DNA of 63,888 nucleotides, filler included. It is 8 parts of 8 records of this genome, joined end to end, with 100 filler letters (N's around TTAATTAATTAA, not from the genome) between each part and the next. Parts side by side here need not be neighbours in the genome. Positions count along the whole stretch, not along the records: positions 28,696 to 33,916 come from DRR723986_44620; positions 34,017 to 39,710 come from DRR723986_44696; positions 39,811 to 45,290 come from DRR723986_44705; 5 more parts are not named here. One strand, 5' to 3'. Position 1 is the first letter of the stretch. Every line of letters starts with the position of its first letter. Positions 30,687-39,961 of the stretch are shown here, one piece after another. The notes below the pieces were generated by a model, which saw nothing but the letters and a program-made list of their open reading frames with translations, was not told the DNA's origin and made no database searches. Both the position numbers and the translations under genes were made by a program.

Positions 30687-32234
30687 CTAAGTCGCTGTGG
30701 CTGCATCGGGTTCAGCGGTTAGGCGATCGACGACGGTCGTGCCGCACGAATCGCTCCAAACGTTGACGCTCGTGCGAAGCATGTCGAGGACGCGATCGAC
30801 GGCAAGAATGATTCCTTGGTATTCGATCGGCAAATTGACCGCTTGCAGGACGATTGCCATCATGACCAAGCCCGCGTGCGGAATGCCCGCCGCGCCAACA
30901 CTGGCCAGCAGGGCGGTGATCGCGACCGCTACCTGTTGTGTGAACCCGAACTCGGGCCCCATGGCCAGTTGCCCAATGAACAGGACCGCCACGGCCTCAT
31001 AAAGAGCCGTTCCGTCCATGTTGATCGTTGCGCCCAGCGGCAATACGAACGAACTCGAGCGATTCGAGACTCCCGCACGCTTTTCAATGTTGTTCATCGC
31101 AAGTGGTAATGTCGCATTGCTGCTAGCGCTACTGAAGGCCGTCAGTAGTGCTGGAGACATCGCACGGATAAGATCCAGTGGGCTACGCTTTGCAACCAGC
31201 CAAACAATGATCGGCAGTGTGACAAAGGCGTGAACGCCGAGAGCACAAACGACGGCGAGCATATACCACGCAAGTGCAGCGAAGACAGCAATGCCCTGCG
31301 TGGCGGTAACAAAGATCATCAACAGGAACACGCCGTAAGGGGCCAATTCGATGATCGCGGTCGTAAGCCGCATCATCACTGCAAAGCCATCATCGACGAA
31401 TTGCTTGATCCGTGTCAGCGTTTCTCCGCCGACTTGAAGTGTAAAGATGCAGAAGATGATAGTGAACGAAATAACGCTCAGGAAGGAACTGCTTGCGATT
31501 GCGTTGAAAGGGTTCTTGGGGATCAAATTCTCGACTTGATTCATCAATGTCTGCGTAATGCTTGTCGGCTCCACCTGTGCTTTCGCAAGGTCAAGATTCA
31601 AGTCCGACTCCAGGCCAGGATTGATGATGTTGGTAATCAACAGCCCGGTCAAAATTGCTAGCATGCTCGTACTGATGTAGTAAGCGAGGGTTGTCGAAAA
31701 CATCTTGCCAAACTTGCTCGCGCCGCCGAGGCCCAGGACTCCGCTAGCGAGGCTGGTGATGATCAACGGGACGCTCACCATCTGTAGCAGACGTAGGAAT
31801 AGGCTGCCGATTCGCTTCGACCATTGACCGATTAACTTCGCATAGCTTGGAGCGAGTTCATACGTCTTAACTGCATCGGGCGCCTCATCTCTCAATTCAT
31901 CAAGCGTCAAGACCGCCCCTGGTTCGTTGCCAGTCGGATCGACAATCCAGACCTCTTCGGCAGTGTTCGGTTCACCGGCGTCGCTTGCAGGATCGCCCCC
32001 ATCTTCTGGGCCAGCCTCATCGGAAGAGCTTTCTGGTGCATCCGAGGTGCGGTTCAGTGTTACGCGGATGAGATTGCTCGTATCCTCTACCGTCGCCGAT
32101 TCGATGCCGCTTGGCAGTCCATCCTCGGCGGTCAAGCTGGTGGTTCTGTCCGATAGCATGACGTTGGCGAGAATCCCGAGTAGGGCTCCACCGACCATGC
32201 CGATCAAGATCTTCCAGTGCAGTTCGAGCTTCAC
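30687..32234 (-). CDS. Dicarboxylate/amino acid:cation symporter (DAACS/GltP family)
   Basis: AFSSASSNATLP, PLGATINMDGTALYE, GAAGIP, DRVLDMLRTSVNV. Confidence 0.93.
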   Translation of the reverse strand: MKLELHWKILIGMVGGALLGILANVMLSDRTTSLTAEDGLPSGIESATVEDTSNLIRVTLNRTSDAPESSSDEAGPEDGGDPASDAGEPNTAEEVWIVDPTGNEPGAVLTLDELRDEAPDAVKTYELAPSYAKLIGQWSKRIGSLFLRLLQMVSVPLIITSLASGVLGLGGASKFGKMFSTTLAYYISTSMLAILTGLLITNIINPGLESDLNLDLAKAQVEPTSITQTLMNQVENLIPKNPFNAIASSSFLSVISFTIIFCIFTLQVGGETLTRIKQFVDDGFAVMMRLTTAIIELAPYGVFLLMIFVTATQGIAVFAALAWYMLAVVCALGVHAFVTLPIIVWLVAKRSPLDLIRAMSPALLTAFSSASSNATLPLAMNNIEKRAGVSNRSSSFVLPLGATINMDGTALYEAVAVLFIGQLAMGPEFGFTQQVAVAITALLASVGAAGIPHAGLVMMAIVLQAVNLPIEYQGIILAVDRVLDMLRTSVNVWSDSCGTTVVDRLTAEPDAATAT

Positions 32235-32814
32235 AATTTGGTCCTATCGTTGTGCATCGAGGCGTAGATTCATGCTGGTCACGCGTTCTGGCCTTATCAG
32301 ACCTGCAATGCCAGCAAGACGGCGATTGTAGCCTAAGCGTGCCCCGCTTCGACAGCCCGCAAGCTCGCTGGCTCCGTGAATTAGCGCGTCTGAGTAGGAC
32401 GTACCTCCAACTTCAGCAGTTAGCGATCAGCAGTCAGCGATCAACGTGCTCGTGCGAGCGCTGGACCGCCAAGAGCCGCGCAAGTGACAGAAATGGGCCG
32501 GAGCGGATGGTGTTGAGCTACTTGGCCGAGTTCCCTCTCTGGGGGGCTGTTGCGACATCGCTACTAGCCAAGTGTCCTGGCCAGAGTGGGAGGATTGGGC
32601 GGTTTGCGAGCTCTGCGGTAACAGGCGATACAGGCAAGTTGGTATTGGCGGCAAAGTTGGTCTGCGCCTTGGGACTCGATTTTTCTATAATCAAGGAAGA
32701 CAGCAACTTAAGCAGAATGGCCTGCCCGCCGCCTTGGTGCGGCTCTCACCGCTCATGAAGATCGGCCTGCGGCGCAAAAACTCGCGCGGCCCATGACTCC
32801 CAAGAAACAGCTTT

Positions 32815-33462
32815 ATGGATTCAACCATGGAAAACTCAGACTCTCACAAACCGCGTCCGGCCTCACGTGGCCTGCTTGGTGCAGCCATGATCACAGCCGC
32901 AGTGTGTAGTTGCCTCGCGATGGGCCTTGGCTTTTGGCTTGGTGGCACATTCAACGAGAAACAATCGCCAGCGGCCTCATTGGAAGAACAACTACCGGAG
33001 ATCTTTGCCGCCTCGGCGACCGGAACGGATACGATGGCCGTGGCAACGGGACCGGTTAGTCGTGATGCCGAAGGAGTCTTCTTCTTAGACTTTATCACCG
33101 GTGATTTGCAGTGTCTCGTTTACTATCCACAGACCGGTGGATTCGGCGCACGTTATTTCGCAAACGTTCAACAACAGCTTGGCGGCGGAAAGAACAACCG
33201 GTACTTGCTTATCACCGGCATGGCTACTCAACCACCTACCGCAGGGAACGTTCGTCCAGGGAGTTCGATGGTCTATGTGACCGACACGACCACCGGGCGG
33301 TTCGCCGCTTATGCTATTCCCTATGACACAACCATGGAACGTCGACGACAGGCGCAAATCGGTGCACTCGTCCCAGTTGCGGTCGGACCAATTCGCAACT
33401 TCGAAGTTCGCGATCCCGGCAATAACCAGCCAGCCGGATTGGTCGATCCGAAGAACCGTTAG
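32815..33462 (+). CDS. Hypothetical membrane-anchored protein
   Basis: 215-aa ORF with one N-terminal TM helix and a globular-looking remainder. Confidence 0.65.
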   Translation: MDSTMENSDSHKPRPASRGLLGAAMITAAVCSCLAMGLGFWLGGTFNEKQSPAASLEEQLPEIFAASATGTDTMAVATGPVSRDAEGVFFLDFITGDLQCLVYYPQTGGFGARYFANVQQQLGGGKNNRYLLITGMATQPPTAGNVRPGSSMVYVTDTTTGRFAAYAIPYDTTMERRRQAQIGALVPVAVGPIRNFEVRDPGNNQPAGLVDPKNR

Positions 33463-33474
33463 TCTGGGAATGCG

Positions 33475-33861
33475 ATGATAGCCAAACCTGAATCCAGCGA
33501 TCCAGAAATGCACGTCAGTCCCGACGGTGCACTTGCATTGTGCGTAACTCCCGACGTGGAGGGCGAGACGATGATTGGTTTTCATGGATTCGAGTGGGCC
33601 ATTGCCGCCACTCAGATTGGCGAGTTCGACGATAGTGATAGCGAAGGATTTGACGCCAGTCAGTTGCAGGGCAGCAAACCGGTGCAAGATTACGTTCAAA
33701 GCATTCTAAACGACGAAGCGATCATCGCAGTCTCCATCCGCGGGGATGAAATCATTGACGCTTGGATCACTGAATTCCCCAAAGACGACCTTGAGTTCTG
33801 TGCCGACGGCGAGCGATTGAGTTTTCGGTACTGGAGCGGCAAGGAACCTGAGATTGCCTAA
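33475..33861 (+). CDS. Hypothetical acidic protein
   Basis: 128-aa ORF 12 nt downstream of the previous gene. Confidence 0.6.
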   Translation: MIAKPESSDPEMHVSPDGALALCVTPDVEGETMIGFHGFEWAIAATQIGEFDDSDSEGFDASQLQGSKPVQDYVQSILNDEAIIAVSIRGDEIIDAWITEFPKDDLEFCADGERLSFRYWSGKEPEIA

Positions 33862-33916
33862 CCGCCAGCAGAGCGGTTCAAGGCACGTGTAGCGTCTTTT
33901 CGCCTAGTTGCCCCCG

Positions 33917-34016
33917 NNNNNNNNNNNNNNNNNNNNNNNNNNNNNNNNNNNNNNNNNNNNTTAATTAATTAANNNNNNNNNNNNNNNNNNNNNNNNNNNN
34001 NNNNNNNNNNNNNNNN
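33917..34016. other. Artificial contig linker
   Basis: N-run with TTAATTAATTAA. Confidence 0.99.
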
Positions 34017-35331
34017 CCAGCCGCTCCATCGCCACACCAGCGGCAAAGGTCACAGCAAAGGCCAGCGGAATGGCGACAATGATCGACACCGTGTGATCAG
34101 GAATGATCTGCTGTACCACGTACCCTGTGTACGCCCCCATCATGATAAACTCGCCATGGGCCATGTTGATCACCCCCATAACGCCAAAGGTGATGGCAAG
34201 GCCGATGGCGGCGAGGAAATAGATTGAGGCCAGCGAAAGCGCATCCAGCGTCAGGTCTAGTGTCTGGTTCATACCAACCTTGAGGCCTATGGTATCCAAG
34301 GCCTGGTTGGCCGACGTCGTCACGTCGACAGACGGCTCGAAATAGGTTTCAAAAAAGACATGTGCGTTGAGCGCCGCGTCAATATCTGCTTGCGTGACAA
34401 GCGGGGGCACTTTGCGTGCCTTTGCCAGCACGACATAGGCACGAAGGCGGGCGTCTATTGTATCTAACTGCGCCACCGGAATGCCGCCCACCCGGCCACC
34501 ATCGATATTGGCGGCCAGCGCGGTGCGTATGTCGTCCGGCGAAACCCGCGCGGGGGACAGACCTTTGGCGACCAACAAGTCATAGGCTTCCGTTTCGGAC
34601 AGGCTTTCTGTGCCGGGCGTTAAAATCTCGGAGACGTTCACCCCATTGGGCACCTCACCCGGTACCACATCACGTGTCGTCGCCACCAAAGGATTCAGTG
34701 TTGCGCGAACATCCACACCCAGATCGCCGGACATTTCCTCAATGGCAGCCACACGAGCCTGAGTGTTGTCATCATAGCCAATTGTCAGCAACCGTTCGAG
34801 CCGTTGCTTTCGGGCTTTCAGAGCCGCATCTGGCTCGGTCTCGATTGAGGCGCGCAGTGGCGCCAGCAAGGCGGCCTCGGGGTCGCGTTGGATTGATGTC
34901 AGCGCGCCATGCCGCTTGGCTTTGTCTGGGTCCGACAACTGGAACATCACCAGCGCGGTGGCAATCATGGCCCGGATACCGCTGTTGGGTTTTAGCTGTT
35001 TCAATTCTTTTTTGGGATAGTTTCCCACCACCTCACCGCTGTCGAAATCACTCAGCTGATAGTTTTTGCTGTCAATTTTTTCACCGATAAAGAACACGCC
35101 GTCAGATTTGCGCATCCACATGGCCTTGGCCGTCCATGTCTCAAGCACCAATTGCGCCTTTGGCGAGCCACTGGTGGCAATCGCGTTGATGACCGGAGCA
35201 ATGGTCTTGCGCGAGCTTTTGGCGATCACCTCGTGATACTCTCGCAGTAGCGGCTGGATGGCACGTTCCTCAGCCGTTGCTGTCAGGCATGACAACAGGA
35301 CTGCGAGGCCCGCAAGGAATAGTCTTATCAT
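34017..35331 (-). CDS. urtB: Urea ABC transporter permease UrtB (3'-truncated by contig end)
   Basis: Long periplasmic N-terminus, then GLAITFGVMGVINMAHGEFIMMGAY; follows urtA. Confidence 0.9.
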
Positions 35332-35397
35332 ATTGGAGTGTTCCGTGAAGTGGGTTGGAAGGGGGCCAGAAAGCAGCCCCCTTCTCAAATTCAGGCC

Positions 35398-36678
35398 TTA
35401 ATAGTTCGAAAGCGTCTGAACACAGGTTTTAGTCGCGGTGTTGTACATACCGCAGCCGAGATCTTTCCAGTCCGACACCAGAACCGCTGATTCAGGCAGG
35501 AAGTCGGTCCAGGCATCGCCAGGCACTTCGCTTGTCTGGCTGATGATATCAAACTGACCATCATCCTGAATTTCACCAATCAGAACCGGCTTAGCCAAGT
35601 GGTGGTTCGGCAGCATGACCGCGGTTCCTCCGGTCAGGTTCGGGTACTCTTGTCCGTACATGGCAGACCGCACCGAATCCACATCGGTAGCCCCCGCTTC
35701 TGTGGCCGCGTTCACCCACATGTTGAAGCCGATAAAATGTGCTTCCATCGGGTCGTTGGTGACACGCTCTTCACCCATCGTGGCTTTCCAAGTTTTGACA
35801 AACTCGGCGTTCACTTCTGCGTCTGCCGACTGGAAATAGTTCCACGCCGCCAAGTGACCAACGAGGTTAGAGGTATCCAGACCGGCGAGTTCTTCTTCAC
35901 CTACCGAGAAAGCCACAACCGGGATGTCGTCGGCTGAAACGCCTGCCGCAGCCAGTTCCTTGTAAAAGCCGATATTGGCATCGCCGTTGATGGTCGAGAT
36001 CACACCGACTTTCTTGCCATCCGCGCCAAGCGCCACGACATCAGCCACGATCTTTGACCAATCTGAGTGACCGAAAGGCGTGTAGTTTACGAAGATGTCA
36101 CCATCCGCAATCCCTTTGTCTTTCAGATAGCTTTCCAAAATGTTGTTGGTGGTTCTGGGGTAAACATAGTCTGTGCCAAGCAGAGCGAATTTCTCGACCC
36201 CCAGTTCCTCTAGGAAATAGTCAGTTGCAGGGATGGCCTGTTGGTTCGGCGCAGCGCCAGTGTAGAACACATTCTTGGACGATTCTTCACCTTCGTACTG
36301 CACCGGATAGAACAGCAGGCCGTTCAGCTCTTCGATCACCGGTAGAACCGATTTGCGTGAAACAGACGTCCAGTTGCCGAAGATTACGTCGACATCATGT
36401 ACGGTCAGCAGTTCGCGGGCCTTTTCGGCAAACAGCGGCCAGTCTGATGCCGGGTCTACCACCACGGCTTCCAACTGTTTGCCCAAAAGTCCACCCTTTG
36501 CGTTCTGCTGGTCGATCAGCATCAGCATAGTGTCTTTCAGTGTGGTCTCAGAGATCGCCATCGTGCCCGACAACGAGTGCAGGACGCCAACTTTGATCGT
36601 GTCTTCGGCCGACATGGCAGCACCAGCCAATGTGGCAAAGACGACTGATCCGGCGAGAGTGGATTTGAGAAAATTCAT
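35398..36678 (-). CDS. urtA: Urea ABC transporter substrate-binding protein UrtA
   Basis: IKVGVLHSLSGTMAISE, DPASDWPLFAEKAR, WTSVSRKSVLP, YPVQYEG; start MNFLK with GGAGG RBS. Confidence 0.95.
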   Translation of the reverse strand: MNFLKSTLAGSVVFATLAGAAMSAEDTIKVGVLHSLSGTMAISETTLKDTMLMLIDQQNAKGGLLGKQLEAVVVDPASDWPLFAEKARELLTVHDVDVIFGNWTSVSRKSVLPVIEELNGLLFYPVQYEGEESSKNVFYTGAAPNQQAIPATDYFLEELGVEKFALLGTDYVYPRTTNNILESYLKDKGIADGDIFVNYTPFGHSDWSKIVADVVALGADGKKVGVISTINGDANIGFYKELAAAGVSADDIPVVAFSVGEEELAGLDTSNLVGHLAAWNYFQSADAEVNAEFVKTWKATMGEERVTNDPMEAHFIGFNMWVNAATEAGATDVDSVRSAMYGQEYPNLTGGTAVMLPNHHLAKPVLIGEIQDDGQFDIISQTSEVPGDAWTDFLPESAVLVSDWKDLGCGMYNTATKTCVQTLSNY

Positions 36679-36916
36679 ATTATCCTCCAGGCAGGGCGCT
36701 GGAGAGAGACCTTGCACATATGTGCCGATTTCTCTTACCTGTCCCCGCAACGTCATGTTGCAATTCGTGTGGCGGCCGCTTCGAGGTCCAATTCGTATGG
36801 TCGTCACACACCTCCGGTTTTTTGACAGCGTGTCTCCGGCAGGTGTCCAATCGATTCTGCATTGCAGCGTAATTAGCAAACCTGAGACACGGTATTTCCC
36901 AAACGCTCGCAGCGAA

Positions 36917-36964
36917 TGCATATTTTTTGACCAGCAATTGCCGCAGGCGCACAAAAAATAGACA
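36917..36964. promoter_or_regulatory. Putative tandem NtrC-type binding sites
   Basis: TGCATATTTTTTGACCA (36917-36933) and CGCACAAAAAATAGACA (36948-36964), 31 bp apart, between divergent urtA and ureD. Confidence 0.5.
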
Positions 36965-37064
36965 GCGCCCCCCAGCCGAGACCTTCGAACTGCCAATTGG
37001 GATGGTGATTTGCAAAGATGACGTCACAACCAAGGGCAGTTCTATATGACCCGAGGATACTCCG

Positions 37065-37901
37065 ATCACACGTCAGGCAGACATATCGCCCACGAATGAC
37101 GCACAGCCCCCCCGCGCCGAGGGCGACTTGCGCGTGAGCACGAAAAGGGTCGGTGACCGTACCGTTCTGGATGGTCTGCGCCAGTCTGGCTCATTCAAAT
37201 GTCTGTTTCCAAAGGCCCGTGGTGACGCCATGGACGCCGTCCTTTTGAACACCGCCGGAGGGATCACTGGAGGTGATCAGTTTGCTTTTTCCGGTCATGT
37301 GGCGGCAAACACCGCTTTGACCCTGACCACCCAAGCCTGCGAACGTGCTTACAGGGCGCAACCCAATCAAACTGGCCAGATTCGCAACCGCCTTCGGGTC
37401 GAACCGGGCGCCCGGCTCAATTGGTTGCCTCAGGAAACGATCCTGTTCAACGGCAGTGCGCTGGATCGCCGTCTGAACATCGACCTAGCACTGGACGCCT
37501 CATTGCTGATGGTCGAGCCTCTGGTTTTTGGTCGCCCGGCAATGGGCGAAACGCTGACTGATATCCGTTTTCGGGACCGTATTGAGATACGACGCGAAGG
37601 CGCACCCCTCTTTCTCGACTCGTTGGTCTTATCCGGAGACCTGCATGCCCATCTGTCCAAACCATTCATCACCAACGGTGCCGGGGCGATAGCTTTGACA
37701 GTGCTGGTCTCGGACGATGCCGAACACCATCTGGAGCCCCTTAGGGGGGTTCTCCCTGAAACCGGTGGTGTCAGTATGATCCAGCCCGATGTGCTGGTGT
37801 TGCGCTTGCTGGCGGACGACGATTTTACGCTAAGACAAACCCTGCTGCCGGTTCTGCAAAGACTGAATGGCAGTGACCTTCCCCGATGCTGGATGATCTG
37901 A
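37065..37901 (+). CDS. ureD: Urease accessory protein UreD (start uncertain)
   Basis: [37 protein letters not shown]; frame open from 37050. Confidence 0.9.
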   Translation: MTRQADISPTNDAQPPRAEGDLRVSTKRVGDRTVLDGLRQSGSFKCLFPKARGDAMDAVLLNTAGGITGGDQFAFSGHVAANTALTLTTQACERAYRAQPNQTGQIRNRLRVEPGARLNWLPQETILFNGSALDRRLNIDLALDASLLMVEPLVFGRPAMGETLTDIRFRDRIEIRREGAPLFLDSLVLSGDLHAHLSKPFITNGAGAIALTVLVSDDAEHHLEPLRGVLPETGGVSMIQPDVLVLRLLADDDFTLRQTLLPVLQRLNGSDLPRCWMI

Positions 37902-37902
37902 C

Positions 37903-38205
37903 ATGAACCTGACCCCGAGAGAAAAAGACAAGCTCCTGATCGCCCTGGCCGCCGAGGTGGCCCGCAAGCGTCTGGCGCGCGGTGTGAAACTCAATCACCC
38001 CGAGGCCATTGCCCTGATCACCGACAGCGTCGTCGAAGGTGCACGCGATGGACGCTCCGTCGCCGATATGATGGAGGCGGGCGCCCAGGTTGTCTCAGTC
38101 GAACAATGCATGGAGGGCATCGCCGAGATGATCCCCGAAGTGCAGGTCGAAGCCACTTTTCCTGACGGCACCAAACTTGTCACCGTTCACAACCCAATTC
38201 GCTAG
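37903..38205 (+). CDS. ureA: Urease gamma subunit
   Basis: [11 protein letters not shown]...[17 protein letters not shown]. Confidence 0.98.
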   Translation: MNLTPREKDKLLIALAAEVARKRLARGVKLNHPEAIALITDSVVEGARDGRSVADMMEAGAQVVSVEQCMEGIAEMIPEVQVEATFPDGTKLVTVHNPIR

Positions 38206-38219
38206 AGGAACTTGATCCA

Positions 38220-38387
38220 ATGAAACACGTTTTACCGATTCTGAGCACGCTTGCCGCATCCCCTGCCTTGGCCCATTCTGGGGCGCATATCCATCCTCAT
38301 GGGGCAGTAACATGGATTGCCGTGATCCTCGCTGCAATGTCCGTGGGCGGGACCATGACATTGATTCACATACGGCGGCGCAAATGA
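38220..38387 (+). CDS. Small His-rich exported/membrane protein (55 aa), absent from the ORF track
   Basis: [60 protein letters not shown] upstream; stop overlaps the ureB start (ATGA). Confidence 0.75.
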   Translation: MKHVLPILSTLAASPALAHSGAHIHPHGAVTWIAVILAAMSVGGTMTLIHIRRRK

Positions 38388-38716
38388 TCCCGGGCGAGAC
38401 ATTTCCTGCCGAAGGGTCGCTGACGCTAAACGCCGGTCGCAGCGCCCAGATGGTGTTGGTGGCCAATACCGGCGACCGCCCAGTACAGGTGGGCAGCCAC
38501 TACCACTTTGCCGAAGCAAACCCGGCGTTGGAATTTGATCGCTATGCAGCCTTGGGCAGGCGGCTGGACATTCCGGCGGGCACTGCCGTCCGCTTCGAGC
38601 CCGGACAGCGTCGACAGGTGATGCTGGTACCCTACCTGGGACGACGACATATCTATGGCTTTAATCAACATATCATGGGAGCGCTGAAAGATGCCGGGCA
38701 AGATAAGTCGGAGTGA
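38384..38716 (+). CDS. ureB: Urease beta subunit
   Basis: [35 protein letters not shown]. Confidence 0.96.
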   Translation: MIPGETFPAEGSLTLNAGRSAQMVLVANTGDRPVQVGSHYHFAEANPALEFDRYAALGRRLDIPAGTAVRFEPGQRRQVMLVPYLGRRHIYGFNQHIMGALKDAGQDKSE

Positions 38717-39710
38717 TTATGCTGCCATGTTCGGCCCAACTGTCGGCGACAGGGTGCGACTTGCGGATACCGATCTGATTATCGAGGTCGAAAAAGACCT
38801 GATTGTGGAACGCGCCACAGCGGCACACTTCAGCGCCACAGGACTGCGGGACGATGTCTATGGAGAAGAGGTGAAGTTTGGCGGTGGCAAAGTCATCCGC
38901 GACGGAATGGGGCAATCCCAGATCACGCGCGCCCAAGGCGCGGTGGACACTGTCATTACCAACGCACTGATCGTCGATCACGCTGGCATCTATAAGGCTG
39001 ATGTCGGCCTGAAAGACGGGCGCATCCACAAGATTGGCAAAGCCGGGAATCCTGACACCCAACCGGGCATCGACGTCATTGTGGGCCCCGGAACCGAGGT
39101 AATCGCGGGCGAAGGACGCATTCTGACGGCAGGCGGCTTTGACAGTCATATCCATTTCATCTGTCCGCAGCAGATCGAGGACGCGCTGCATTCCGGCCTG
39201 ACCACCATGCTGGGTGGCGGCACTGGCCCTGCCCACGGCACGCTGGCCACCACCTGCACCCCCGGCCCATGGCATATCGGGCGCATGATGCAGGCGGCTG
39301 ATGCCTTTCCGATGAATCTTGCCTTTGCAGGTAAAGGCAACGCATCGCTGCCAGCAGCCCTTGAAGAACAGGTGCTTGGCGGCGCCTGCGCTCTGAAGCT
39401 GCACGAGGACTGGGGCACCACGCCTGCTGCCATCGACTGTTGTCTGTCGGTCGCTGATGATCTGGACGTTCAGGTGATGATCCACACCGACACGCTGAAC
39501 GAATCCGGATTTGTCGAGAATACAGTGGCGGCAATTGAGGGTCGCACGATCCACGCCTTTCATACCGAGGGCGCGGGGGGCGGCCATGCCCCGGACATCA
39601 TCAAGATTTGCGGCGAAGAGCATGTGTTGCCGTCCTCTACCAATCCCACCCGGCCTTTCACAGTGAACACCCTGGAGGAACATCTCGACATGCTGATGGT
39701 CTGCCACCAT
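38691..39710 (+). CDS. ureC: Urease alpha subunit (3'-truncated by contig end)
   Basis: [39 protein letters not shown]. Confidence 0.97.
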
Positions 39711-39810
39711 NNNNNNNNNNNNNNNNNNNNNNNNNNNNNNNNNNNNNNNNNNNNTTAATTAATTAANNNNNNNNNNNNNNNNNNNNNNNNNNNNNNNNNN
39801 NNNNNNNNNN
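39711..39810. other. Artificial contig linker
   Basis: N-run with TTAATTAATTAA. Confidence 0.99.
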
Positions 39811-39873
39811 CGGCTTTAGCCGGCTGGCTTGCTATTTACATGCTCTATTCCGCCTAAAGGCGGTACTACGAAC
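39811..39873. repeat. REP-like palindrome doublet (GTAG type)
   Basis: CGGCTTTAGCCG (39811-39822, cut by contig end) and CCGCCTAAAGGCGGTACTACGAAC (39850-39873; reverse reads GTAG-TA-CCGCCTTTAGGCGG). Confidence 0.55.
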
Positions 39874-39961
39874 TTTAGCGCGACATGTTTTCGCCAGAAT
39901 TCGGTACAGCGAGCGTTAGGCCGAAGTGCTGTGCGGTACTGCGAACGTTTGTGGACAAGAA

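Noticed and set aside
36679-36996. N-terminal extensions in the ORF track (urtA; also GH106, ureB, ECF 43011, holB, MFP, sodB)
   Set aside because: Downstream ATGs with RBS or signal peptides match the family N-termini; the extensions run through intergenic DNA or neighbouring genes.
38673-39710. 345-aa antisense ORF over ureC, and similar long antisense ORFs such as 54615-55703 over soxA
   Set aside because: Shadow ORFs of GC-rich coding sequence opposite well-conserved genes; no motifs.
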